32,000 nt of DNA, from NCBI RefSeq assembly GCF_007748075.1, contig NZ_CP036280.1, positions 2,310,001-2,342,000 of the forward strand, given 5' to 3'. Below, piece after piece: positions 15,417 to 32,000 of the stretch (the stretch's first letter is position 1; the number at the start of each line of letters is the position of its first letter). Under the pieces are notes generated by a model that searched no databases, had not been told where the DNA came from, and saw only the letters and a list, made by a program, of their open reading frames with translations. Both the position numbers and the translations under genes were made by a program. The stretch is from Mucisphaera calidilacus. GTDB taxonomy: Bacteria > Planctomycetota > Phycisphaerae > Phycisphaerales > Phycisphaeraceae.

Positions 15417-17075
15417 TTAGTGGGCTTCGCTGAGTTCGGTGAGGATTTCCTGGGTGAGGTCCCAGAAGCCGGACTCGCGGAACGGCGTAGCGGTGTCGCG
15501 GAAGGCGGTGAGTCGCTGGGTGTGGTGGTTCCAGTGGCTCTGGGCGTGGAAGAGGGCGCGTTGCGCGTTCTCTGCGTCGCTCGGGTTTCGTGACTTGAGA
15601 AACTGACGATAGGCGATAAGTCCCGCGAAGAGGTCCTGGAAGGCTTCGATGAGGGACTCGGTGTAGATGATGGAGCCGAGGAGCGGTTCGAGGGTGTCGT
15701 GGTTTCGGTCGCGCAGGGCCTCATGGAAGCGTTGGTGGAGTTTGCCGGCGGTGTCGGCGGCGGCGGTTTTTTCTTCGAGGACGGCGTCGAGTTCGGTCAT
15801 CGGGATGCGTTGGAGCATCCGCCAGGCGGCGCGGGCGTCGACGGTGTCGTCTTCAATCCAGTCGGCGTTAGGGTGCCAGGCCGTGGGTTTCTGGCGAGCG
15901 AAGGGGCCGACGTAGAAGCCGCGTCGGACGAGTTCCGGGGACTGGGTGAGGATGTCGACGATGACGTCGAGGTGGGGATCGTCGGGCTGGAGGTTGAGAC
16001 GCTGGGTGGCCCAGTCGCGTGCGAGTTGCGTGGTATCGAGGGCGGGGTTGTCGGCGAGCCTCGGGACAGCGTAGGCGTTGGCGTCGATCCAGGTCTCGTT
16101 CTTGATGAAGGGTCCGCCCCAGCCGCCGCCTCGGACCCACGCCCAGAGACCGGCGAGGGGGACGCGTTGGGCGACGTCGGCGAGTCCCTGGGGCTGGTCG
16201 GGTGTGGCGGTTTCAGGACAGCCATCGCGCCAGAGCGGAGCCTGATAGTTGGGGATGGCTCCCTTGGCTTCGAACTCGCGTTGGCACTGGAGCTCGTAGA
16301 TGACGGGGATGCGCCCGCAGGCGAGACTGGAGGGGTTCCATGCCTGGTAGCGCCAGAAGTCGGTCTGCGTGAACTTGAAGGAGAGGATGAGTTGATCGTC
16401 GTCGGACTGGGGGAGTCGTGTGGCGACCTCGGCGGCGAGTGCGGGGGTGTCGTGGAGTCCGTCGGGCGTGACATTCCAGGCGCGGGCGATGAGTCGCTTG
16501 TTGAGCTTATTGACAACGACGTCGTGGCATCGGGTGATGGCGTGGGTGATGCGGTCAGCGGCGGACCAGTCGGCGCATCGCGAGCAGTGCGGGCTGTAGA
16601 TGTCGTTGCCGACGAGGTGAGGCAGCCGCTGGGCGTCGTTGTCGCCAAAGCGCAGGACGATACCGGCGACAGCGGGGAAGCGTGTGAGGAGGTTCTCGAG
16701 TGCGGTGAGGGTGCGTGTCCACGCGTCGTCGCTGGCGGGGCAAAGAACGTGGGAGCGTCCCCGGCAGCAGAGGTTGGAGCCCTTGCCCTCGACGGCGTCC
16801 TTGGGGAGCACGAGAACGTCGTAGAAGAGGTAAACGTCGAGCCCGGCGGCGGTAGTGGCGTTGATGCGTTCTTCGAGGGTGGCCCAGCAGTGTGCGAGCC
16901 AGGTGCGTAGTTCGGGATCGCGGACGACCTCGGGGCTGACGATACCCGAGAGCGCGGTGGTTTCGTAGAGGACGACGCCGTTATAGCCAAGCTCGGCGAG
17001 CTGGGCGGGGTCACGGTAACGGGTGTTGACGGGCGGTTCGCCGGCGTTGTCGAGGATCGTGGCTAGCTTGAGCAT
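15417..17075 (-). CDS. hypothetical protein, possibly a TIM-barrel glycoside-hydrolase-like enzyme with a Cys cluster
   Basis: Long ORF with coding-like composition. The preferred start is Met-21 (ATG at 17075), which avoids a 38-nt overlap with the upstream gene. The spacing of LCCRGRSHVLCP and SPHCSRCADW recalls, from memory, the Zn-binding Cys cluster layout of GH42 enzymes. The canonical NE acid/base motif is not evident. The family assignment is inference only. Confidence 0.65.
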   Translation of the reverse strand: MLKLATILDNAGEPPVNTRYRDPAQLAELGYNGVVLYETTALSGIVSPEVVRDPELRTWLAHCWATLEERINATTAAGLDVYLFYDVLVLPKDAVEGKGSNLCCRGRSHVLCPASDDAWTRTLTALENLLTRFPAVAGIVLRFGDNDAQRLPHLVGNDIYSPHCSRCADWSAADRITHAITRCHDVVVNKLNKRLIARAWNVTPDGLHDTPALAAEVATRLPQSDDDQLILSFKFTQTDFWRYQAWNPSSLACGRIPVIYELQCQREFEAKGAIPNYQAPLWRDGCPETATPDQPQGLADVAQRVPLAGLWAWVRGGGWGGPFIKNETWIDANAYAVPRLADNPALDTTQLARDWATQRLNLQPDDPHLDVIVDILTQSPELVRRGFYVGPFARQKPTAWHPNADWIEDDTVDARAAWRMLQRIPMTELDAVLEEKTAAADTAGKLHQRFHEALRDRNHDTLEPLLGSIIYTESLIEAFQDLFAGLIAYRQFLKSRNPSDAENAQRALFHAQSHWNHHTQRLTAFRDTATPFRESGFWDLTQEILTELSEAH

Positions 17076-17097
17076 GTGGCTCTCATGATAGCGGAGG

Positions 17098-17487
17098 TCA
17101 GGCGTAGCCAAGTCGGTCGAGGTCTTCCTCCTCAAGGCCGTAGTGGTGTCCGATCTCGTGGAGGAGGGTGATACGGATCTGCTCGTTGAGGGCGTCGCCT
17201 TGTTCCTGCGCGTATCGGATGATGGGTCCGCGGAAGATGCGGATCTCGTCGGGGAGGACCATATCGTCTTCGACGGAGCGTTCGGTGAGGCCGAGGCCGG
17301 TGTGGAGGCCGAAGAGTTCCTCGTCGGGTTCCATGCCGAGCTCGGCGAGGGTCTGGGGGTCGGGCTCGTCGTCGACGACGAGGGGCATCTCGTCGAGTCG
17401 GTCGAGGATCGGCTCGGGGAGGTGGTCGAGGATATGATCGAGGATGCGGTCGAAGCGATCGCGTAGGGCCTGGGGCAGTGCGTTCAT
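17098..17487 (-). CDS. small zincin-type metallopeptidase family protein (HExxH)
   Basis: 129 aa, acidic, with a C-terminal motif LLHEIGHHYGLEEEDL. This is typical of the minimal 'possible zinc metallopeptidase' family (DUF1025-like). Confidence 0.8.
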   Translation of the reverse strand: MNALPQALRDRFDRILDHILDHLPEPILDRLDEMPLVVDDEPDPQTLAELGMEPDEELFGLHTGLGLTERSVEDDMVLPDEIRIFRGPIIRYAQEQGDALNEQIRITLLHEIGHHYGLEEEDLDRLGYA

Positions 17488-17512
17488 GCGTTTAGATTAG
17501 GTGTGATGCCGG

Positions 17513-18673
17513 ATGACGACCAATGGCGAGACAGGCGGCGAGCGAGTGCACGTGTTCGGCGAGACCCCTGAGTCGCTCTCCGAGCACGTAGCCGCGTGGG
17601 GAATGCCGCGGTTTCGGGCCAGGCAGGTTCTGGAGTGGGTCTACCAGCGGGGCGTGATCGATCCGGCGTTGATGACAAATCTGAGCAAGGCGGACCGTGC
17701 GTTGCTGTCGGAGCGATTGCTCTTTCTGAGCGGTTGTGTGGTCAGGCATCAGCGTGCGACGGACGGGGTGCAGAAGCTGCTGGTGTCGTGGCCAGCACGG
17801 CAACAGACGGGTCGTGAGGTGGGGCCGGAGAGCGGCGGCGTGCGGCTGCCGGTGTCGGGCGTGGTGGATGATGGCGCGATGCAGACGGAGTGCGTGATGA
17901 TCCCGTCGGAGAATGAGTCGGGCGGGGTACGGAAGACGGCGTGCATCTCGTCGCAGGCGGGTTGTCCGGTGGGGTGTCGGTTCTGCGCGTCGGGGTTGGA
18001 GGGTCTGGAGGCGAATCTGAGTACGGGTCAGATCGTGGAGCAGGTGTGGCAACTCAGCAGGATGGAGGGCGTGGGTCGGATCAGCAACGTGGTATTCATG
18101 GGGATGGGCGAACCGCTTTCGAATCTTGCTGCGGTGACGTCGGCGATCCGGACGCTCGCCGCGGACTGGGGCCTGGGGATCGGCGCACGCAAGATCACGG
18201 TGTCGACGGTGGGTCTGCCGGCGCAGATCCGTCGGCTGGTGTCGCTTGAGCTGCCGATCACGCTGGCGATCAGCCTGCACGCGCCGAACGATGAATTGCG
18301 TCGGCGGCTGATCCCGTGGGCGGAGTACGTGACGGTGGAGCAGTTACTCGACGCGGGCCGATTCTATTTTGATCAGACGGGTCGCGAGGTGACGCTTGAG
18401 TACATCCTGCTCGGGGGTGAGAACGATCGGGAGGAGCACGCGCGGGAGTTGGTGGTGGTGGCGAAACGGCTGAGGAGCAACGTGAATCTGATCCGCTACA
18501 ACGAGGTGGAGGGTCTGCCCTTCAAGCGGCCGGCCAAGGCGGACGTGCTGCGCTTTCAGGAGGTGCTGCGAGATGCGGGCGTGAACGTGCACATCCGTGC
18601 GTCGCGCGGGCGTGACATCGCGGCGGCCTGTGGTCAGCTGCGGTATGAGAGTCGGGGCGGGGTATCGTCGTAA
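17513..18673 (+). CDS. rlmN: 23S rRNA/tRNA adenine-C2 methyltransferase RlmN (radical SAM)
   Basis: 386 aa. The N-terminal motif is FRARQVLEWVYQRGV. The radical-SAM cluster is CPVGCRFCASG. Downstream motifs are NVVFMGMGEPLSN and the C-terminal DIAAACGQL. Confidence 0.93.
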   Translation: MTTNGETGGERVHVFGETPESLSEHVAAWGMPRFRARQVLEWVYQRGVIDPALMTNLSKADRALLSERLLFLSGCVVRHQRATDGVQKLLVSWPARQQTGREVGPESGGVRLPVSGVVDDGAMQTECVMIPSENESGGVRKTACISSQAGCPVGCRFCASGLEGLEANLSTGQIVEQVWQLSRMEGVGRISNVVFMGMGEPLSNLAAVTSAIRTLAADWGLGIGARKITVSTVGLPAQIRRLVSLELPITLAISLHAPNDELRRRLIPWAEYVTVEQLLDAGRFYFDQTGREVTLEYILLGGENDREEHARELVVVAKRLRSNVNLIRYNEVEGLPFKRPAKADVLRFQEVLRDAGVNVHIRASRGRDIAAACGQLRYESRGGVSS

Positions 18674-18726
18674 GTCTTTACGGGTCTGCTGGCAGCAGCT
18701 AGGATGCCATGTCCGATTGAATGCGA

Positions 18727-18800
18727 GGCCCTGTAGCTCAGCTGGATAGAGCGGCTGCCTCCGGAGCAGCAGGTCAGAGGTTCGAATCCTCTCAGGGTCA
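18727..18800 (+). tRNA. tRNA-Arg (anticodon CCG)
   Basis: Hand-folded cloverleaf. The acceptor stem is GGCCCTG/CAGGGTC with one G-U pair. The D arm is GCTC-AGCTGGATA-GAGC. The anticodon arm is GCTGC-CTCCGGA-GCAGC. The variable loop is AGGTC. The T arm is AGAGG-TTCGAAT-CCTCT. The discriminator is A. No CCA is encoded. Confidence 0.9.
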
Positions 18801-18848
18801 ATTGGCTGAGCGCGTGGATCCCATGGATATATGACGGGGAGGAGCGGC

Positions 18849-19796
18849 ATGGTTCGTGCCTTAATCAAGCGTGGCAGTGTGTGTGATGGTGTGATCGGGG
18901 TGTTGAAAGATCGGCTTGGTGCCGATGCCGTGTGCATGGTCGATCTGGGTGAGGTTCATGGGACCGCGGCGTTGGCGGAAGCGGAGGTGGTGATCGGCAC
19001 ACTGCCGAAGGAGGCGATCGGTGATGCGCCGAAGCTGCGGTGGCTGCAGATGGGGTCGGCGGGCGTGAACTCGTGGATCCCGCACGTACCGGAGGGTGTG
19101 ATTCTCACGTCGGCGGTCGGTGTGTATGACGAGGCGATGGCGGATCACGTGTTCGGGTTGCTGCTGGGGCTGACGCGTCGGATCGGTGAGGCGCAGGACC
19201 GTCAGCGTGAGGGGCGGTGGCGAGGTGCCGAGGGCTGCCTGGAGTTGGCGGGGATGACGATGGGGATCATGGGGTATGGCAGCATCGGTCGGTCCGTGGC
19301 TCGGCGGGCACGGGCTTTCGGGATGCGTGTGGTGGGTCTTCGCCGTCGTCCCGAACCGGACGCGTTGGCGGAGGCGGTGTACGGGATGGAGGAACTCGAT
19401 GCCTTTCTGGCGCGGAGCGAAGTGCTGGTGGTGATCCTGCCGGGAACGGATCACACGCGTGGGAAGCTGGATGAGCGTGCGCTGGGTTTATTACCCGAGA
19501 GCGCGCTCATCGTGAACGTGGGGCGTGGCTCGACGATCCGGACCGATGCACTGGTGGCCATGCTCGCTTCGGGTCGTGTCGGGGGCGCGGGCCTGGACGT
19601 GACGGATCCGGAGCCGCTGCCTGAGGGACACGCTTTGTGGACGACGCCGAACACGCTGATCACCGCACATTACGGAGGGCAGTCGCAGTCATATCCGGAG
19701 CGGTTCGGTGAGCTGGTGGCGCACAACCTGGACTGCTTTCTGAGCGGTCGTGTCGAGGCGATGCGGAATCGTGTGGACCGTGTCTGGGGGTATTGA
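18849..19796 (+). CDS. D-isomer-specific 2-hydroxyacid dehydrogenase family protein (NAD-binding)
   Basis: Rossmann motif GIMGYGSIGRSVARRARAFGMRV. The catalytic-triad context is VNVGRGS...LDVTDPEPLP...ITAHYGG. The preferred start is ATG 18849, with GGAGGAG 4-5 nt upstream, rather than ATG 18831. Confidence 0.85.
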   Translation: MVRALIKRGSVCDGVIGVLKDRLGADAVCMVDLGEVHGTAALAEAEVVIGTLPKEAIGDAPKLRWLQMGSAGVNSWIPHVPEGVILTSAVGVYDEAMADHVFGLLLGLTRRIGEAQDRQREGRWRGAEGCLELAGMTMGIMGYGSIGRSVARRARAFGMRVVGLRRRPEPDALAEAVYGMEELDAFLARSEVLVVILPGTDHTRGKLDERALGLLPESALIVNVGRGSTIRTDALVAMLASGRVGGAGLDVTDPEPLPEGHALWTTPNTLITAHYGGQSQSYPERFGELVAHNLDCFLSGRVEAMRNRVDRVWGY

Positions 19797-19954
19797 TCAG
19801 GTCGTCAGCGGCGGCCGGTTGATCGCGCTCACCTATTTGTAGCAATCGGGGGTGAGATTTCTCTAGGTCAATCCGTCGATGCGCGATAACTTGATGGGTG
19901 CAGATTGGGCTGCCGGGATTACTGTTGTTTCCAACCCTTGAGAAGGAGCAGGCT

Positions 19955-21067
19955 ATGTCATGGCTGCGTTGTCTTGCGCTGGTAGTGGTCGTTCTTATGA
20001 ATGCGGAGTCTGCATGGTCCGCGGTGATCTTCCACGAGGACTTTGAGGACGGGTTGATTGATCACGGCGTGCTAACACCTGTTATGCCGGGCGGTACCGA
20101 AGTGACGGTGACGGACGGGCGGCTGCTGCTGCGTCGGCTGCCGAATCTTCCGGTGGTGCAGAGCCGTTCGCCTCGTCTTTCGACTGATTTCAGCATCGTG
20201 GGCAATTACCGGATGACGGTTGAGGTCGAAGTGATTGGCGGGGCGGACAGCAATTCGGTCGCGAATCGAGCTATTCTGGCCATTGCGCCCGACCAAGTGG
20301 CGGGGACGGGTTTTTCGGACACAAATCTCTCGGTGAATCGTCTGGTCGGCGGCGCGTTCAACATCCGGCGTGCGAACGGGACGACAAGGGGTACGGCCTC
20401 GCCCTCGGTCGTGGGGGTTGCGACGAACAAGGTGACGCTGATGTTCGAGCGTGTCGGGCAGACGGTGCGTTCGGGTTATCTGGAGGGTCACGGCCATGAT
20501 CCGGAGTCGGCGAGCTTCAACATCCGCCAGGCGGACACGGACTTCGGTTCACAGCCCGGGATGGACTACCTGGCGCCGGTGTTTGCGACGCTACAGATGG
20601 TCAGCCAGACGGGGTCTTCCGAGCTGCTTTATTACTATGACAATTGGCGCATTCGTGCAGGCGGCATCTCGGCGAGTCCGGGCGATTTTGACGCGAATGC
20701 GGTGGTCAACGGTGCTGACATCGATTTTCTGTCGGCGGCGCTGCGTGCGGGGTCGACGGATTCGATGTACGACTTGGACGGGAGTGGCGTGGTGGATGGC
20801 GACGACCTGACGTACCTGATCGGCACGGTGATCAGGACGACGTCGGGTGACGCGAATCTTGATTACCGCGTGGACTTGCTCGATCTGAGTGCGCTGGCGT
20901 CGGGGTTCGGCGGGTCGGGAACGTGGTCGACGGGCGATTTCAACGGCGACGGGCTGACGGACCTGCTGGACCTGAGCGCACTCGCGAGCCATTTCGAGGG
21001 CGGAGATGGCGTGCCAGAGCCGGGGCTGGGCATGCTGGTCGCGCTTGTGTTCTTCAAGAGGCGATAA
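19955..21067 (+). CDS. exported protein with dockerin-like repeats and PEP-CTERM tail (N-domain possibly concanavalin/LamG-like)
   Basis: GAAGGAG lies upstream of ATG 19955. The signal peptide is MSWLRCLALVVVVLMNAESAWS. The N-domain begins VIFHEDFEDG, and the lectin-like call is weak. Four D-x-D/N-x-D-G type repeats are present. The tail is VPEPGLGMLVALVFFKRR. Confidence 0.8.
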   Translation: MSWLRCLALVVVVLMNAESAWSAVIFHEDFEDGLIDHGVLTPVMPGGTEVTVTDGRLLLRRLPNLPVVQSRSPRLSTDFSIVGNYRMTVEVEVIGGADSNSVANRAILAIAPDQVAGTGFSDTNLSVNRLVGGAFNIRRANGTTRGTASPSVVGVATNKVTLMFERVGQTVRSGYLEGHGHDPESASFNIRQADTDFGSQPGMDYLAPVFATLQMVSQTGSSELLYYYDNWRIRAGGISASPGDFDANAVVNGADIDFLSAALRAGSTDSMYDLDGSGVVDGDDLTYLIGTVIRTTSGDANLDYRVDLLDLSALASGFGGSGTWSTGDFNGDGLTDLLDLSALASHFEGGDGVPEPGLGMLVALVFFKRR

Positions 21068-21094
21068 AAAAACACCACCTCGTGGGAGGCGGTG
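21066..21094 (-). terminator. rho-independent terminator of rpoC
   Basis: On the minus strand the sequence is CACCGCCTC-CCAC-GAGGTGGTG, a 9-bp stem with one G-U pair, followed by TTTTTTT. It lies 28 nt after the rpoC stop. On the plus strand the same hairpin has an A-C mismatch and no trailing T-run. Confidence 0.6.
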
Positions 21095-21122
21095 CTGGGG
21101 GATATCGCGTCGTTTCGTGCGG

Positions 21123-25589
<4,467 letters not shown>

Positions 25590-25693
25590 GGGGTTCGCTT
25601 CCTCGTGAGGCGTTGTCGCGTACTCGGGCCGGGTTTGCGTTGCGAGGCTTGCTCGCGTGCGATCCGTTGCCCGTGCGGCGTGTGTGTCGGGTG

Positions 25694-29491
<3,798 letters not shown>

Positions 29492-29746
29492 CGAGGCCCT
29501 CGATCTTCGGTTAACTGGATGTGGGCGTGAGAGGGAGCCGCGTTGTTTATGTGCCCTATCACGTCGAACGTAGCATCATAGCCGCTCCCGGATCGTGATG
29601 CAAGCCCCCCGAACCGCGCTTTGGGCCGGTTTCCAGTCAAAGTGAAACACGATCTGGACCACGAGGCCCTAAGGCTAGCCTGATGGATACCTAGTGGATC
29701 GCGTCATTGTTCAGGAATGATTCGGACAGACGGGGCGTTTACGGTT

Positions 29747-29769
29747 AAAATGGCGGACTGACCCATTTT
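29747..29769. promoter_or_regulatory. inverted repeat AAAATGG-N9-CCATTTT in the divergent rpoB / small-ORF intergenic region
   Basis: A perfect 7-bp inverted repeat read directly in the AT-richest part of the spacer. On the minus strand it sits inside a possible TTGAAA-N17-TTTAAC promoter. Function is unknown. Confidence 0.3.
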
Positions 29770-29879
29770 CAAGGTCCCGAGGCAAACACTTTATGGAACG
29801 TAGACGGTTCCGTCTGAACAGGGCACAAGCCCAACCCACACAGGATCGGCCCCGCCGACCTGCGCTGCCGCGCTACCCG

Positions 29880-30137
29880 ATGCTGCTGGGCGAACCCTCG
29901 CCCTCGCTGGCGAAGATCCGGAAGATGACGATCCCGGAGCTGCAGAAGAAGATCTCGAGCCTGGGTGCGGACCAGTCCCCCCTGCTCAAGAAGCTGGAGA
30001 AACTGCGGGTCAAGGACCCCCAGCCGGCCGAGGAGATCCGCGCGACCGAACTGCACCTCAAGCGTCTCAAGACGCTCGAGGGCATCGCCCGCGAGCAGAT
30101 CGAGAAGCGTCTCGCCGAACGCGAGACGCGGCGCTAG
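29880..30137 (+). CDS. small charged coiled-coil-like hypothetical protein
   Basis: ORF 29793-30137. Third-position GC becomes coding-like only from about ATG 29880 (MLLGEPSPSLAKIRKMTIPELQKKI...) onward, so I prefer that start. ATG 29925 is an alternative. The sequence is Lys/Glu/Arg/Leu-rich. I recognise no family. Confidence 0.45.
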   Translation: MLLGEPSPSLAKIRKMTIPELQKKISSLGADQSPLLKKLEKLRVKDPQPAEEIRATELHLKRLKTLEGIAREQIEKRLAERETRR

Positions 30138-30209
30138 GCGTCACCCCCCTAAAGCTAGGGATAACCCTTGCTGGGTACAGCAGCTGTCGTGTGCGCAAAA
30201 TACGACGGA

Positions 30210-31952
30210 TCAGCGACGACGTGTTACAGCGAGTAGCGGCAGCGACAGTAGTACGAGCGACGCGGGCGCGGGGATCACAGAATTGTTGAAGTTGGCGGCG
30301 AGGATAGAGAGATCGAGCAGGTCGACGGCGCCGTCCTCGGTGAAATCACCATCTTTCCACATGCTGCCCGCGGCTTGACCGAAGTGGTTGGCGAGGATCG
30401 ACAGGTCGAGTAAGTCAACCGAGCCATCAAGGTTGGCGTCGCCGGGGAGACGCTGCTCGAGGAGTCCCCATGTGGCAAGGCCCTCGGTGGCGTCGGCGAG
30501 GCTGTACCCGAGCGTGAAGACGCCATTGTCGTTGAGGTCGTAGACGCTGGCGTTCAAGATGGTCGAATCAAGGAAGGCGTCGCCCTGCATGATGACGGGC
30601 TGGAGCCCGTTCGTGGGGTCGTAGAGAAAGACATGGGTCCCGGGGTTGGTGCCGCCGCTGAGATCGAGCACGAGAACGACCTGATCATGGTTGTTGAGGA
30701 AGGGTTCCTGACTCAGGCTGGCATAGTCGGCTTCGAACGGGAAGTTCTAGGGATCGAGAACGGTGACGATGGGGTTGATGCCGTCGGCGAGGTAGATCCC
30801 GCCCCAGTGCTCGTTCTCGTCGCTGTCGCGCGTCGCGGCGGAGAAGAGCAGGGTGCCGTTGTCGTTGAAGTGGAGGTCGTACTCGGAGACGAAGTAGGTG
30901 TGCGGCTGATTGATGGAGACGAGTTGCTCGCCGTTGGGCATGATGGTGCCGGTGCGGAAGAGCTCACGAGTGGTGCCGTCGGGCTCGTTGATCAGGAGGA
31001 TCTGCCCTTCACTGTTCCCGCCGACATCGGTGTGAGCGAGCATGACGATCTGGCCGAGGCTATTGATATCAGCTCGGACCTCGTAGCTGTAGTTGTTGAA
31101 TTCGATGAAACCGAGGCCAAGGGGTGTTGCGTCGCCGTCGGTGAGGATGCGTACCTGCGAGTATGGCCAGGACGTGCGATCAATGAAGGTCTCGAGGTCG
31201 AAGTCGTCCTGAAAGATCGTGTAGCCGTCTCCATCGTCGTTGAAGTCCATCCCGAGCAGCGAGTCGTCATAGGTGCGGCGACTCAGGCTGTAGCCGCTCT
31301 CCGAAGGAGATGCGTAGATGCGGTTCCTGGTCTCGTTGGTGTAGAACGCGTCGTCGTAGGTGCTGCCTCTGAACAGCAGTTGACCGACGTTGTTGAGCCG
31401 GTACTGACCGGGGTCGCCGATGTCGAGAATCTCGTTGCCCGGACTGCCCCCCCTGCCGCCACCACCGCTGAACGAGACTTGCTACCCGGTATAGGCAACG
31501 CGTTGGATGTTGCTGGCGTCGTCGGACACGAGCAGCGAGTACTGCCAATCGAAGTTGTCGTCCTCCTCGACGAGCAGGTCGGCGGTGAAGGCGGCCTGAC
31601 CGAGGTCATTAAAGACGAAACCGTAATTGGGCCAGTAGTGGTCGAAGAAGTTCTGGAGGGTGGTGTTCTCGAAGACGGTCTGGTTCTGGAGCGCCAAGGG
31701 CGTGAAGGTGCCGTCGGGCTCGGCGCGGTAAATAGCCCGGTTGCTGAACGTGTCATCACTGAAAGTGACGTCGGCGAAGAAAGCGATCTGGTTGGCGTTG
31801 TTGATCTGGACGCCGTCATACTCGGCCACGAAGTTAAAGCTGACGCCTTCGTCGAGGGGGTCGCCCACGCTAAGGATGTTCGTGAGCTGCGCCCGGGCGG
31901 TGGTGGTGAGTGCGAGGCTCAGCAGGCAGAACGTTGCCGATAAGGCCTTCAT
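30210..31952 (-). pseudogene. NxxGxxAF-repeat exported protein with dockerin-like repeats and PEP-CTERM tail, interrupted by two in-frame TAG codons (31484-31482 and 30749-30747)
   Basis: ORFs 31952-31482, 31250-30747 and 30671-30210 are all in one frame. I translated both gaps and they are open apart from a single TAG each (..VAYTG*QVSFSGGGG..LNNVGQLLFRGS..LLGMDFNDDG.. and ..VTVLDP*NFPFEADYASLSQEPFLNNHDQVVLVLDLSGG..). GGAGG lies upstream of ATG 31952. The signal peptide is MKALSATFCLLSLALTTTARAQ. Repeats include NDLGQAAF, NNANQIAF and NDNGTLLF. The tail is IPAPASLVLLSLPLLAVTRRR. Confidence 0.8.
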
Positions 31953-31963
31953 GTCGATCCCTC

Positions 31964-31983
31964 CTCAGCCATAAGGCTGAGGA
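31964..31983 (-). promoter_or_regulatory. perfect 8-bp hairpin (CCTCAGCC-N4-GGCTGAGG) in the 5' UTR, overlapping the SD of the NxxGxxAF-repeat gene
   Basis: The minus-strand RNA reads CCUCAGCC-UUAU-GGCUGAGG-AGGGAUCGAC-AUG. The 3' arm supplies part of the GAGGAGG Shine-Dalgarno. No T-run follows on either strand. Confidence 0.4.
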
Positions 31984-32000
31984 TAATCTAACACCAAGCC

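Noticed and set aside
18727-19900. tRNA-Arg as an integration site for a mobile element.
   Set aside because: Downstream genes are an ordinary dehydrogenase and a PEP-CTERM protein. I saw no integrase, no phage or plasmid genes, and no direct repeat of the tRNA 3' end.
31447-31453. C7/G7 homopolymer about 30 nt downstream of the first TAG, and another C7 at 8174-8180 inside the GH57 gene, as possible slipped-strand phase-variation switches.
   Set aside because: The disruptions are nonsense codons, not frameshifts. The frame is continuous across both tracts. C6 runs (C6-C7 including the tracts above) also occur elsewhere (29605-29610, about 29975 and about 30145), so they look like background for this composition.

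Overview
This is a visibly GC-rich bacterial chromosomal segment (composition judged by eye, not computed). The backbone is housekeeping. It holds rpoB-rpoC on the minus strand, polA, a PurS-like/PurL fusion, rlmN and tRNA-Arg(CCG). It also holds a Tat-signal alkaline phosphatase, an NfeD/flotillin pair, a D-2-hydroxyacid dehydrogenase and a small HExxH metallopeptidase. Interspersed are five genes for exported proteins ending in PEP-CTERM-type sorting tails. Four of these share a ~75-aa C-terminal cassette: two dockerin-like Ca-binding repeats followed by P-x-P, a hydrophobic helix and an Arg cluster. Cargo domains include a GH57-type glycoside hydrolase with a starch-binding-like module, an NxxGxxAF-repeat protein, a possible lectin-like protein and two tandem paralogs of unknown fold. 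The tail type and gene content suggest a Planctomycetota/Verrucomicrobiota-like organism, but that is inference only. The most unusual signal is three clean in-frame stop codons with no frameshifts: one TAA and two TAG. All three lie in PEP-CTERM cargo genes, while every housekeeping gene is intact. Secondary curiosities are listed in the findings: a stand-alone mini-ORF resembling a bare PEP-CTERM tail with its own terminator, a Cys-motif small membrane protein upstream of the paralog pair, and an rpoBC operon with no rplJL upstream. I see no CRISPR array, transposase, integrase or recognisable defence genes. I cannot honestly point to a convincing novel multi-gene system. Most long ORFs in the supplied track that lie antisense to or out of frame with the called genes are GC-driven shadow ORFs.
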